The notes beneath the pieces are model-generated. The model had not been told where the DNA came from. It saw nothing but the letters and a program-made list of their open reading frames with translations, and did no database searches. A program made the translations under genes and the position numbers. A stretch of 64,000 nucleotides of DNA from Eledone cirrhosa. Lineage: Eukaryota. Location: NCBI GenBank assembly GCA_964016885.1, contig OZ024754.1, positions 45,322,001-45,386,000 on the forward strand, read 5' to 3'. This document shows, one piece after another, positions 1 through 15,819 of the stretch (its first letter is position 1; the number at the start of each line of letters is the position of its first letter).

Positions 1-898
1 GGATACATCTATCTGATACTACTAGAACATTGGATTGCACATTATATGATCATGTATGTACACGTATAGACATATATAAAACCACAAACACACACATATG
101 TATATGTATGTGTGTGTGTACCGATATATATATGTATATATATGTGTATATTTATGTATATATATAAAGAGAACATATAAAGTTATGCACTGGACCATAC
201 TACTTCAAATCACCAATATATCTAGATAACTAGACACTTGTGAAAATACATACGTACAAACACGTATATATGGCGGCATACACACATACGCACATATATA
301 TACATGCATACATGCATAAATAAATACATAAATAAATACATACATTCAAACATACATAGATACATACATAGATTCATACATACATACATACATACATAGA
401 TTCCTACATACATACATACACACATACACACATACAAACATATATACATAGGCGATCACAAACCGAGCTAGAACGATGTGTCAGTTAATACTAATTACAT
501 GATTTGACCGCGCAACCTCTATCGACCAAAGATGGCGCCAGTTGTGTTTCCACCAGGAAATGATACGTTAGCAATACCCCCCCCCCCCTGAACAATACCA
601 GCAACGATAACATAAGAAGAATAACATAAAATCTTAAAATTTACAAAGGCAACTAATAAGAAAGTGGAAGTGAATTTTAGTTTTAAGGAACCAAAACTCA
701 CAACGCTTGATATACACAGTAAAGAATAATTTAATTTATATATTACCCAGTCTTTTTTCTCTATATATAGGAGGAGGGTGATATTATGAGATAATATATG
801 TGATTCTGTTATATTCGGGGAGGGTCATGTTCTTATAATATTGTGATAATATTGCCAGAATATATAATAAAACACTGTTTGGTCTGGGTTGGTTTTCG

Positions 899-933
<35 letters not shown>

Positions 934-1397
934 ACACACCGATATTCAAATTTCTGTTAAAGAGATTAGTTTTATTGCATATATATATATATATTCGGCA
1001 GGCATATTACGTTGAAGTAAAAAGGCTGGTTCGCTCTTGCTTGTGTTAAATGAACATAAAATAATCATTGGTCACGATTGCCGAGTGATTTATTAGAAAT
1101 TTCTCCTTGTTTAGTTAGCACGTTAGTTACTGTCAAGTAGTCAATTATTTGTGAGGACTATAGCAAAGAGGAACGGAGAAAAATAAAGTTAATTACTGAA
1201 TTGATTGCAGTTAATTATTTATGTTTCTGAGGATGTTTTCGATTAGCTACTTAGTTAATTAATTTTCCTTTTATTTATTTATTTGGTTAAATCGATGAAT
1301 ATTTGGTGGGTTATTTCCCTGCATTAGCTACCTTGGCAAATATGTGGAATATGTGTAGATATTAGAACTGTTATTATATATATATGTATGTATATAT

Positions 1398-1505
1398 GGC
1401 CCCGTATCTCCTGAGAGATTGGTAGGGGCACTGTATCGACATAAGTCGTTCCATAGGCATTTTTAATCCTGGCGAAGCCCATCCCACTCCAGAACTGAGT
1501 ACAGT
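1398..1505 (-). mobile_element. Probable decayed 3' end of an RTE-type LINE
   Basis: Reverse complement reads ...ctggagtgggatgggcttcgccaggattaaaaatgcctatggaacgac...tgcccctacc, which resembles RTE C-termini (A.DR..W...LCP). Recognised by eye only. Confidence 0.3.
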
Positions 1506-1569
1506 AGATTTCTTCCAGAGAAAAATAGAGAGAGGGAGAGAGAGGAAATGAGAAAGAGATATTAGAGGA

Positions 1570-1779
1570 AGAATCGACCCCAGTACTAGTTTGGTACTTT
1601 TTTATCGAACTTTAAATGATGAAAGGCAAAGTTGACCTCGGTGGGATTTGAACTCAGAGTGCAGAGAGCCGGTATGAATACCTTAAAGTATTCTATCAGA
1701 CGTTCTAACGACTGCCATTCTATCAGACGTTCTAACGACTGCCATTCTATCTGATGTTCTAACGACTCTCAATTCAGCG
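1570..1779 (-). mobile_element. tRNA-derived SINE (family S1, older divergent copy) with internal 27-bp triplication
   Basis: Core gatgaaaggcaaagttgacctcggtgggatttgaactcaga matches the other S1 copies. attctatcagacgttctaacgactgcc occurs three times at 1690-1770. Confidence 0.85.
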
Positions 1780-3149
1780 TCTATTTGAAATGTTAGTCTT
1801 ACCAGCCAAATCTTACCCAAATCATACTAAACAAACATAAACAAGAAAACAACCATTGTTTAATATAAGATCTAATGAACAGCGCCTGATGATGAAACCC
1901 GTGATGGTAAACTAGATACGATTTTACCTCAATGTGGGTTGACTGAGGTTACAGAATAGCACCAATGACAACATCATGTCACGGTAATCTTAGAATTGGA
2001 GAGGAATTCCACTGTCTTCTGGAATTAATCCTCAATGGCAAACCACTCGTGATTATCCCATGTTCTCACAAATGCATAACATCCAACGTGTTCTGCTCAA
2101 TTAATCGACAAAGGGCCATTTGAGGAGGATATTTTGCTTGTTATTTCTAGCAGGTACAGTGATGGATTGGAACCTTCCTCACATAAATTATGCAATAAAT
2201 TCTTGAAATTGAATTGCTGTATCTCAAAAGAGGCGGGAAAGATGGACTAACGAGATGCTGTTGTGAGAAACTATGTGGGGAAAGTGGTGAAATTCTATCA
2301 TGTGTGAAGTAGTAGAGCGGTAAGACGTAATGGTGTAATGGTTTGAGATGTAGCTTATTGGGAGAGGTGGGGATGATGTCTTCGAAACAGGGTAGCATAA
2401 TAACAGAACGTTTAGCGAAGCAGAATTTAATAATGCTGATTATACTTAGGGATATCTTCGAAACCATGTATTAACTAGTTGCGATGACATCCATTTATTA
2501 GGGAGAGAAGTTTATAGATGAGAGCAGAAGTATTGGTTTAATGCTGAGAGAGAGAGGGAGAGAGAAGGGACAGTTCGATCGTCGTTTAGTGTTTGAATTT
2601 AGTATTATTAGTGTCGATTTGCATACCAAACATGGAAACGTGATTCTAGATTCCTAAAGAACCAATCATTCATCGCCTTGCTAGAATATCATTAGAAGGG
2701 GAGGGTACGAATTTTCAATTTTCCAACGCGTTAACTAAATCATTCATAGCCAGCAACATGGTACAACCAATCACAAGGATATCTACATTCAATGAAGGAG
2801 GGAATGGCCATAAACGACGAAGATTAGGCAAGTTGATGAGGGGTTTGTGTAAAGGGTAACTGTAGAAAGTGGCTAGGGTAGGGTATGATTTTGAAATGTT
2901 TGGAAAGCAGGAAGAACAAATGATAAAGAAAAGGTCCTAGATCGATTGAGAATGGGTTGGGGGAAGATTGGTCTTGGTATATATGAAGGTGGAGGTGGTG
3001 GGTGAGGATGTGGAGGAATTGGACAGAATGGATTGAAGTTGAGTCATGGAAACATGGTGTGGGGGATGTAAATAATGATGGGAGGAAATAGAGATGAAGT
3101 GAAGACTGGGGGAGTAAATTGGTAAGAGAGTTCGGTGGGGAGTGATACC

Positions 3150-3275
3150 GCAGTAGTAGTAGTAGTAGTGGTATTATTAGTATTAGTAGTTGTAGTAGTA
3201 GTAACAATTGTGGTAATGGTGGTGTAGTAGTAGTGGTAGTGGTGGCCCTGGTAGTATTAGTAGTGGTTGTGGTGG

Positions 3276-3314
<39 letters not shown>

Positions 3315-3331
3315 AGATAGTGGTAGTAGTA
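3150..3331. repeat. (AGT)n/(GGT)n trinucleotide microsatellite
   Basis: Directly visible. Confidence 0.95.
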
Positions 3332-4105
3332 GGAAGGAATAATTTACATGGTTTTGTATCGAGTATGTGCATTAGTAAGTTTCTATGAGAGCGATAATAA
3401 GGGAGTGGGGATGGCGGTTTATATAGGATAGAAGATAGAAGTCGACCACATGATATAGATAAAGAATGAGTGAGATAAAGAATAATAACGGGGATAGAGA
3501 TCGGAAGAATATGTAAGGAAGATAGGACTTAGTTTAAATACAGAAACGAAAGGAAAGCAAATAATGAGATAGAACAGAATGGAGATGTGTAAATAAAGAT
3601 CTCCATATGTATGTGTAGTTGCATCCAGATGTAGAATAGAGATCAATGCATGCGTGTATGTGTTATGTACTGGTGTATACGTGAGTATGTATATTTATGT
3701 GTGATTGTGTGTATATAATGTATATAATAAAGGAGGATATTTATGAAACAGGAAGTAAAGGAGAAATATATTGATTTTTTTTTTCTGGCTTTGTACAAGT
3801 TGGCTAAGGCAAAAACCAATTGAAAAGATCCCGAGTTATTTTCGGTTCTTATTTTGTCGACATTGCTGTAATAAATGGACAGCTTCGTCCCCGTGAGATT
3901 TGATCTCTGTAGTTAAAAGAATATTGTAAGAGTATATAGAATAATGTATTTGGTCGGCGGGTCCTTCACGGAAGCGGTGTCTTCACCAGAAGAGAGAATA
4001 CAGGAGAAAAACACAGAGTTAAGGAAGTGTAACTTGAAAGAAAGAGACGAGAGAAATACTAGTATCACATAGCGATGAAGAGATTACACTATATATATAA
4101 ATATA

Positions 4106-4246
4106 CGGATTCGATCGGGAGTAACCAGAATAAGTAAGTACTCAAGATTTTAGAGGTGTTTAAGCAACAAATTTAATATAGAAATGGATTCTACGGCACT
4201 AGAGCAGTACTAGTTCCGTAGAAGCCGTTTCTATATTAAATTTGTT
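4106..4246. mobile_element. TA-flanked foldback element, family B (putative PLE end)
   Basis: 37-bp inverted arms at 4166-4202 and 4210-4246, plus a 60-bp one-sided extension containing gtactcaa. Homologous to 18047, 43000 and 58944. Confidence 0.75.
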
Positions 4247-4263
4247 ATATATATATATATATA

Positions 4264-4575
4264 TATTATTCTAAATATTAATAAATGGATACATTCACAT
4301 AATCATAATATATGTTTTTTTATATATATTTCGGAGGTACTCTGCTGTTTTTTCAGTACGTAAATATCAGATAAAATACATAAATTGATGAAAAAAACAG
4401 CACAGTACATCCGAAATATATATAATAAAACATATATTTTGATTATGTGAATGTATCCATTTATTAATATTTTGAATAATATTAATAACTCCAGAAAAAT
4501 TTCTTGTTGAGTGCTTTTAATCTATTGTAAAACTATATTCATTGAATAATCAATGAACCTTGTTTAACATTTGGT
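4264..4575. mobile_element. TA-flanked foldback element, family C (putative PLE end)
   Basis: ~92-bp inverted arms at 4264-4355 and 4389-4481, then a ~95-bp tail containing gttgagtgct. (TA)n on both sides. cagcacagtacatccGAAA lies in the arm. Confidence 0.75.
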
Positions 4576-4606
<31 letters not shown>

Positions 4607-5336
4607 ATGTGTGTGCATGTGTGAGTATCTGCGTGTTTTTTTAGGGGTGAGTGCAATACACACATATACATATGTAAATAGACACACACATTAGTACACA
4701 CGCCCATATACATATAGACATTCTTATATATGTATATATATATACATACACACACAGGATACACACACACATATATATATCTATATATATGTATGTGTGT
4801 GTGAGTGTAGATGTGTGTGTATTCCTGCATACGTATATTATAATTGAGTGTAAGCACTATCTCTTTATGTTTTGTTATTTTTCACTGATACTGTTTCACC
4901 TCATCTCGATATAACTTAATAAAAGTTAATGGACCCTAAAGTGGGCCTTTATGAAAATGTCAGAGATATATCCAGAATGACTTTAGGATTGATATCATAA
5001 ATATCAACAGCTTTTCAGCGATGATATCCGGATGTAACTTCAACAAAACAAATGTCATATACACACGAGTTGATATGAAATATTGCTTTTTGTATTACAT
5101 TTATAAAAGTTGTTACAAATATTTCACATTTGTTTCATATTTCGTAGGATGTGCTAGAGGTTAGTTGAAACACGTAGACGTTATTTAGGTTTTGTTTTTA
5201 TTTGCTCACAATTTGCTAGTAGGAAATATTGTTTAAACTTTATACCTGTATGTGTGTCCCTCTATCGCCTTCTGTGTTTCTTCTACTCTACCCGTCTCTC
5301 TTTCTCTCTCTATACACACTCACACACACGTATATA

Positions 5337-5395
<59 letters not shown>

Positions 5396-5498
5396 AGTAT
5401 ATTTGGCAATATAGTGTATGTTTAATTAAAAACATTTTGAAGACAATTCGCTATGAGTTTTAAAGTAGTGACTATGTCACTTATTCTCGGCAAAAATA

Positions 5499-5536
<38 letters not shown>

Positions 5537-5577
5537 GTGTGTGCGTATATTTATGTATATATATATATACATATACG

Positions 5578-6310
5578 TAGAGGGATACTCGTTGGTATAT
5601 CGATTCCTTTGATTCTTTTAAATTTGCCCCTTTCATTACTAGGACTCCACACTTATTAATACCAAATTCCATACAAATGTCATTGCTGACAATAGGAACA
5701 GTATTCACAAGCATATCTAGCGCCGTCCCTTTTTCCCGAAGAGTTTTAAGTCATCCATGAAAAGGAGATGATTGATAAGTTCACCTTTTCCCAGTTAGTA
5801 TCCAGCCTTCAATCTTCGCAATGCGAGAGACAGGGGTATTAGGGTAAGGACAAACAATTGAGGTGACAGACTATCTCCTTGGAAGATGCCTCTCTTGATT
5901 TTAACTCTTCTCAAGGACCTACCGATATTATCTGTGTCTCCCAGTTTTTCCATGCTAATACATAATAGCAGTCTGATATTGTCGGCCATCTTGAATATAT
6001 CTAGACACTTGGTTATCCAGGAATGAGGAACCATGACGAATAACTTTTTGTAGTCTATCCATCACATAGCAATGTCAGTGTGTTTCCTCTTATTATCATC
6101 TTGTTGGTAAGTAACTGGTCCTTTGTACTACGTGACTTCTTTCGGCATCCTTTCTATTCTGACTGTAATAAGTTGTTTATGTGGAGGTGATGGTAAATTT
6201 CCTCAGACACAATGCATGTTAGCAGTTTCTACATCAATGACAGACATGTGATATATGCATATTTGGTAACGTCGTTACCCTTAGGCTGGTCTTTCATTAT
6301 CAGAACCGTG
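5578..6310 (-). pseudogene. R4/Dong-clade non-LTR retrotransposon reverse transcriptase fragment (frameshifted)
   Basis: Minus-strand translations TVLIMKDQPKGNDV..ITCL, GCRKKSRSTKDQLL, MVPHSWI, RGIFQGDSLSPQLFVLTLIPLS, INHLLFMDDLKL and DICMEFGINKC are RT motifs typical of the R4/Dong clade. Stops and frameshifts are present. Confidence 0.9.
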
Positions 6311-7640
6311 GTAACTTTTATTGTTATATTGACATTTACTCAGTTGGATAGTAACAGTAATTACAAGTAGTATCCTTGACCGCACTCAATGTTTTACGTG
6401 GATTGAATATTCTCTATTAAAGGTGTGGATTAATACCGACATCCGTCTGTTATTGACGTAATATGCAGAACATTTATATTAAAAAAGAAATATCGAAAGT
6501 TCATTTCAGTATATTTCATTCGTGTTAGGTTTGGAATGGTGAGGACTTCATGAGTGTGTGAGTCCGGGAAAAAATCAAATAAGATATTTCGTTTCGCTTT
6601 CCATTTCATTGGCACATTAATGCTTCATATTCATTTAAAAGGAATTTATTTTTAAATAATTAATCAAAATCGAATTCATTTAGACAATAACTGGGATAAA
6701 TTCGCATCTGCGTTATTTGTGCGTCGCCGGTAGAGAATAACAAATAGCTTGAATCAGTTTCAGATTTAACTCATTAGGTAATTGAATGAATAGTTACAAG
6801 GCTACACAAAACATAATTATATGATATGAGTGGGTCTCAACAAAGAGACAAGAGATGTTGTCATATTCTACTCGAAAATATTGACACAGTACGTCTTATA
6901 GCAATCATAGTACACTCCAGTGAAGTGGTTGCTTTTGAAAGAGTAACAGAAAACCCAACCCTTTAAATAGATATCTAGCCTAGAATGCCATATGTTGAGA
7001 TTCAGCAAAATACTTGATATGAGCGTTCAAATATATTGTCAAGCGCAGGATCTGAGTTGTTATGGTTGTAGCTTTTGTTGCTGATTGTTTTTGTTGTGTC
7101 TGTAGATGTTATTGCTGTTGTCATGCCCTACACCTACGAAAGTATTGCCTGTTTCTCGTAGTTTCGTATCTCAGAGAAAGTATACTGAGTGTCTTAAAAT
7201 TAAGTACACGTTGGAGCAATAGCATTATCAGCAGTGCAATTATCATTATGATTATATTGTTAAAGACAATCAGCATGTACGGGAAAACTATTTTCATCTT
7301 CATCACCATGACCATCACCAACAGCAGCAACATCAACAGCAGCAGCAGTAGCAGTAGTAGTGTAATCATCTTCTCTGTCTTCAACGACGTTACGTCGGTT
7401 GTTATGTCTTAACATGTTAATTACAAACCATTTCTCAAGTTCCCGAGGGATTCCAGCGTCTATTTGTTTTAGTTCATTAAATTCGTGCTCAATATTCTTG
7501 CAGTTGCAGCCTATTGAGGTTTGTTTTGTTATTTGTTCTTGTCGGCTTTCCATTGTCCAATTGTATTTCAATCTTCATTTAAAGTTTTACTGAGATCATT
7601 CATAGAAAACGTATTGCTGAGTTGTACAGCTTGCAACACC

Positions 7641-7676
<36 letters not shown>

Positions 7677-7919
7677 GTGTGTGTGCGTGTGTGCATGTGT
7701 GTGTGTTTGTAGCGAATTCTCGGGATGGATTTCTTAGCCTGCCATACACGACCACCAAGTGACTACATCAGAATTAAAGCTCACAAGCTAGATAATGTAC
7801 TCTTGTACGAGGCTACAGTGCCAAAATGTCATAGAACAGGAGCAAAGACAGGCTGTGTAATGTTACCAAGGGTTTTCGACCTCCAAATAGTCTGATATTA
7901 GAATCAGCAGAAGACAGTT

Positions 7920-8042
7920 TGAAATGAATTGCGACGTCACAGGTGTCTAGCGGTATCATCCATTACCTTTCCCTTGGTCAGCATCGGTGACGTGGAGAGG
8001 GAGTGCTGCTTTCCACGAACAACTTTGCCCGGACTTGTATAT
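7920..8042 (+). mobile_element. 3' part of second SINE family (S2), decayed
   Basis: gaaatgaattgcgacgtc...ttccacgaacaactttgcccggacttg aligns with the reverse complement of 44905-45060 and with 51860-51890. Confidence 0.6.
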
Positions 8043-8055
8043 ATAACCCTTGATC

Positions 8056-8195
8056 TTTTAGAATTGCAGAAATAGACTTTAAATTTGATTGATTCATGGA
8101 TTAATATTCGCAGTATTTTGCTGTATGGATTTAAATATCTCCGAATTTAGGTACGTACGTACTTTATCTATGGCATATGTCTACTAAATATTAAG
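8056..8195 (+). repeat. ~140-bp diverged direct repeat, copy 1 (copy 2 at 10685-10823)
   Basis: ttttagaattgca...aaatatctccgaatttaggtac.tacgta is colinear in both copies. Confidence 0.8.
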
Positions 8196-8211
8196 GAATG
8201 ATATACCATGC

Positions 8212-8276
<65 letters not shown>

Positions 8277-8303
8277 ATATATGTATGTATGTATGTATAT
8301 ATA

Positions 8304-8688
<385 letters not shown>

Positions 8689-9186
8689 GTGTGTATATAT
8701 ATAAATGTGTGTATTTGTTTTATAGAAACAACCTTTGTCGATGCTAAATGTGAGGATTTACATCTTACATTCTTCAAATCAATATTGATGAGCCACATAG
8801 ATTGACTGGGTTTAAGTATACTTTCATCAGAATATATTTTATATACATTATATATTTCATTTCTTTTATAAACCCTCGATCAAAAACCTCAAATCCAAGA
8901 AGTGTTTATGGCCATTCGGCTATGTATTAGTAATATAAAGATGCTATGTAATTTTGTAGTCACGTTAATGGTCAAATTTGTTAAATCATTATTAATTTCT
9001 TTGACAGATATGAGATCATACGTTGTCTAAAGTAGGGAAGGGAATTAAACTGTGACAATTATCTTGTTTGTCTCATGAGTACGAATATTATATATCCTCA
9101 TCTCAGTAATTAAGTGGCCTTTCTATATGTACACACACAAATACACACACACACACACTCACACATATGAATATAAGTATAAATAC

Positions 9187-9287
<101 letters not shown>

Positions 9288-9495
9288 GAGAGAGAGATAG
9301 GATGATGAAAAATAATCTAGGATAAGACGAAGGGCATAAACATTTGTTTAGAATTCAAAGGAATCCAAGACATAGGCCATAATATACCACTCAAACATAA
9401 CAGAAGTATCCAATGGGATGGAATCTTTCCTTTGATTGTATATTGAATAAATTAAAACACTTAGCCTTCTCTTAAATTAATATCACGCATAAACA

Positions 9496-9573
<78 letters not shown>

Positions 9574-9574
<1 letters not shown>

Positions 9575-9749
9575 CGAAGGAAGTGTGGTAAGTAACCAGG
9601 TGGACCATAACGCACCAAAGTACTCGATACTGGGTAGTAGAGTGGGTAATAGGACAAGAGTCAGGACCCCGGCGGCTGAGCCCCGGCCGTTTCGACAGCT
9701 AGGTGGCGAAACAGCCGGAGCTCACCCGTTGGGGTTCTGACACTCTTCC
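9574..9749. mobile_element. TA-flanked foldback element, family A copy 1
   Basis: acgaaggaagtgtggtaagtaaccaggtggaccataacgcaccaaagtactcgatac followed by an imperfect ~50-bp-arm hairpin ending ttcc(TA)n. Confidence 0.85.
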
Positions 9750-9776
9750 TATATATATATATTCATATTATATTAT

Positions 9777-9965
9777 GGTGGATTGGCAGTATCGGTAGAG
9801 GATCGGACGCCATACTTTCCAGCATAGTTACGTCCCTTTACTTCTGAGTTCAAATCCCGCCGAGGTTAACTTTGCCTTTCATCCTTACGGGGTCGATGAA
9901 ATAAAGTACCAGTAATGTACTGGGTCATTGCTGGCCTTGTGCCAAAGTAGAAACAATTATATTAT
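9777..9965 (+). mobile_element. tRNA-derived SINE S1 (short subfamily)
   Basis: A-box-like tggcagtatcggta, B-box gagttcaaatccc, core gcctttcatccttacggggtcgat, (ATT) tail. Near-identical copies occur throughout the window. Confidence 0.92.
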
Positions 9966-10182
9966 ATATATATATATAATTGTAAGTTTGAATCTAATGA
10001 CATGCAAAAACATATATATATGAATAAGGTAAGCCCAAATATCACAGAGAGAGAAAGAGAGACAGAGAGAAGGGGAGAAATGAGGCGCAACAGAAATGAA
10101 ACTTGGATTACAGGTTAAAATATAGTCTAGATAGATGAGAAACAAAACAAGAATGTAGTTGTGGAACACCCAAATGATTTAG

Positions 10183-10614
10183 AAGTCGACCTTAAGTAGG
10201 AGCAATAACATTAAGAAAGACATGAACGACAGCATACCATTTTGTATTGAAAATTTGGAAGTAGGTTTATAAATATGAATTTTCACTAGATTTTCGTAGT
10301 TGTCTCTGTGGGCTAGCGGTAGGTACTAGAGACGGTGGATTCAATCCTGGTCGAGAGGTACATGTCAACTTTTTCAGTTTTTATTTTACATCTTATAGAA
10401 AACAACTGAAAAGGTCTACCGGAAACCCTAATCCCGACTAGGATTGAATTTCAGACCATGCTTACCACCGTCTATGATTCCACCAACTAGGCCACCGAAA
10501 CAGCTACAAAAGTATAATGAAAATTAATAATTATAAACCTACTTTCAAAATCAAAGTTAATGTGCTGTCGTTCATGGCATTCCTAGAGCTATTAGTCATA
10601 TTTAGGATCGACTT
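10183..10614. mobile_element. ~430-bp degenerate foldback (MITE-like) with tRNA-like A/B boxes in both arms
   Basis: Matching inverted blocks: aagtcga/tcgactt, catgaacgacagca/tgctgtcgttcatg, aagtaggtttataa/ttataaacctactt, attcaatcctggtcg/cgactaggattgaat, ttttcagtt/aactgaaaa. Confidence 0.75.
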
Positions 10615-10684
10615 GTATATCTTCTGGCTCTTTGGTAACAACCTTAGATTATAATAGAATATATCATGATTATTTGATTGGCTA

Positions 10685-10823
10685 TTTTAGAATTGCAAAG
10701 ACAGACTTTTACTTTTTTGATTCGTGGTTTGATATTCCCAGTGATTTGCAGTTTCAATGAAAATATCTCCGAATTTAGGTACTTACGTATTTTATCGATA
10801 CCATGTGCGTACGGAATTTTAAG
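10685..10823 (+). repeat. ~140-bp diverged direct repeat, copy 2
   Basis: Colinear with 8056-8195. Confidence 0.8.
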
Positions 10824-11265
10824 AAATAATAGTCCATTCCCTCATATACTGATGTTTTGTTTACGGCAGGAGCAAAGAATAATTTAGTTATATATATATA
10901 CACGTACACACTTAGAAATCTATTCTATTTAACAGGAAATATTCGCTACTCTCTCATAACCACTCTCTGCCTCTCTATCTTTCTCTCTCTATTTATGAAG
11001 ATACTCGGAAAATCCCCGTATCTCGGGGACATGTGTTCCAATTTACGCAAAACTTGTTTTATTCCATTCGTATTCCCATTTCAAGTGCAAATTGCTTTCA
11101 AAATATTTTCCCATTAAGCGCAGTTTTGGGTGCATTACATTACAGACAAGCACACAAGAACAGAGTTTTAGTAGTATATAGATAAACAAATAGAAATGTC
11201 TAACATTTCTGTTCCCTCTTTCATCTACGATAGATGAACATGTCTAAATACTCTACGGAATTTGA

Positions 11266-12211
11266 TGTGTTCAGTAGATGAAGGGTACTATGCTCAGTAG
11301 ATGAAGGGTACTATGTTCAGTAGTTGAAGGGTACTATGCTCAGTAGATGAAGGGTACTATATTCAGTAGATGAAGGGTACTATGCTCAGTAGATGAAGGG
11401 TACTATGTTCAGTAGATGAAGGGTACTATGTTCAGTAGATGAAGGGTACTATGTTCAGTAGTTGAAGGGTACTATGTTCAGTAGAAGAAGGGTACCATGC
11501 TCAGTAGATGAAGGGTACTATGTTCAGTAGATGAAGGGTACTGTGTTCAGTAGATGAAGGGTACTATGTTCAGTAGATGAAGGGTACTATGTTCAGTAGA
11601 TGAAGGGTACTATGCTCAGTAGATGAAGGGTACTATGTTCAGTAGATGAAGGGTACTATGCTCAGTAGATGAAGGGTACTATGTTCAGTAGTTGAAGGGT
11701 ACTATGCTCAGTAGATGAAGGGTACTATGTTCAGTAGATGAAGGGTACTATATTCAGTAGATGAAGGGTACTATGTTCAGTAGATGAAGGGTACTATGTT
11801 CAGTAGATGAAGGGTACTATGCTCAGTAGATGAAGGGTACTATGTTCAGTAGTTGAAGGGTACTATGCTCAGTAGATGAAGGGTACTATGCTCAGTAGAT
11901 GAAGGGTACTATATTCAGTAGATGAAGGGTACTATGTTCAGTAGATGAAGGGTACTATGCTCAGTAGATGAAGGGTACTATGTTCAGTATTTGAAGGGTA
12001 CTATGTTCAGTAGTTGAAGGGTACTATGTTCAGTAGTTGAAGGGTACTATGTTCAGTAGAAGAAGGGTACTATGTTCAGTAGTTGAAGGGAACTATGCTC
12101 AGTAGATGAAGGGTACTATGTTCAGTATTTGAAGGGTACTATGTTCAGTATTTGAAGGGTACTATGTTCAGTAGAAGAAGGGTACTATGTTCAGTAGTTG
12201 AAGGGAACTAT
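11266..12211. repeat. Minisatellite, 23-bp unit TATGTTCAGTAGATGAAGGGTAC x ~41
   Basis: Head-to-tail units without spacers, with point variants (gct/gtt/att; gat/gtt/gaa/ttt). Confidence 0.97.
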
Positions 12212-12597
12212 TATCCCAAGAAAGGAATATAGAGTGAAATATGATTTTCAGACCAACGGAGATAGCAATCCTTGTGTTTAGAGACGGACGTGTACGACAG
12301 CTGTTTTCAATAGTATGAGTGTGTGTAATAGTTGATATATATTAGTGTGTATAATAGGTGATATATATATATATATTAGTGTGTGTAATAGGTGTATATA
12401 TATATATATATATATTAGTGAGGTAATATAACTGCAGTCTAAAAAATATCCACGTAAGCAATCGGATAGATTTTCCAAAACAGTCTTCCATATATTTGCT
12501 TTGACAGCTCCATTCACGTATTTACATTGATCATGCGCAGAAAGGTTACATCGTGGAATATTTAGCTTCCATAGGTCTATGCTCTTGCACATTTGTA

Positions 12598-14896
<2,299 letters not shown>

Positions 14897-15353
14897 ATAT
14901 CATATGCATATATACGTATGTTCGTATATAAACATACATATGTATATCTTTATATATAGAGAGAGAATGATAGATAGATAGAAAGAATGATAAACGTATA
15001 GATATTTGTACAATGAAATGTATGATACAACATATTTTACATTATTGAATCTATATAATATATTTGCGATTTAATGCACGATATACATTGAATAAATATT
15101 ATCACAGAATTTCACGTAATGAAAGGAATATTTAAATATGATATTTAAAGGTAAGAACTCTATATACACATAGGACTATATTCCACCTGTTTTATTTCTG
15201 CTGTAGTTTATTCGGATATCATTTTGCCTTGTGTTATGTTTCACGATATTTACTAAATGCTAATATATCAATGATGTAATTTTAAGGTTTCGTTTTTTCC
15301 AGAATCACGTATAACTCATGCGTTCTTTCTCTTACAAACTACACACACACATA

Positions 15354-15488
<135 letters not shown>

Positions 15489-15641
15489 ATATATATATAT
15501 ACAGAGAGAATAGGAGAGAGAGAGAGATGTAGGGAGAGATATGGTGAAATTTTTTTTTCGGAGCCTTTTATGAGGACATACCGCACAGATTCTTGAATAG
15601 TAAAATTAAATTTCGTGCGATTCACGTTCATTATATAAGCA

Positions 15642-15795
15642 TGGTCTGAGTTCAAATCCCGCCGAGGTTAGCCTTGCCTTTCATCATTACAGGGTCGATA
15701 ATATAAAGTCCCAGTAATGCACTGGGATCGATTTAATTGGCATTCCACTCTCTCCACAATTGCAGGCTTTGTGTCTCAAGTAGAAAAAATATATT
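15642..15795 (+). mobile_element. SINE S1, 5'-truncated, long subfamily
   Basis: ctgagttcaaatcccgccgaggttagccttgcctttcatc...gggatcgatttaattggc...caattgcaggc. Confidence 0.85.
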
Positions 15796-15819
15796 GGTAT
15801 TGGGGTATACATTTCCTTG

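Noticed and set aside
2147-3145. Purine-rich stretch possibly from an old LINE on the minus strand
   Set aside because: No diagnostic endonuclease or RT motif could be read.
7260-7571. 103-aa ORF with a plausible-looking N-terminal half
   Set aside because: Runs into trinucleotide repeats, has no recognisable domain or splice support, and is probably decayed repeat sequence.
9777-9860. tRNA genes at SINE heads
   Set aside because: A/B boxes are present but there is no complete cloverleaf, and they continue into the SINE body.
11266-12211. Possible CRISPR array
   Set aside because: Units are contiguous with no unique spacers, there are no cas genes, and the context is eukaryotic.
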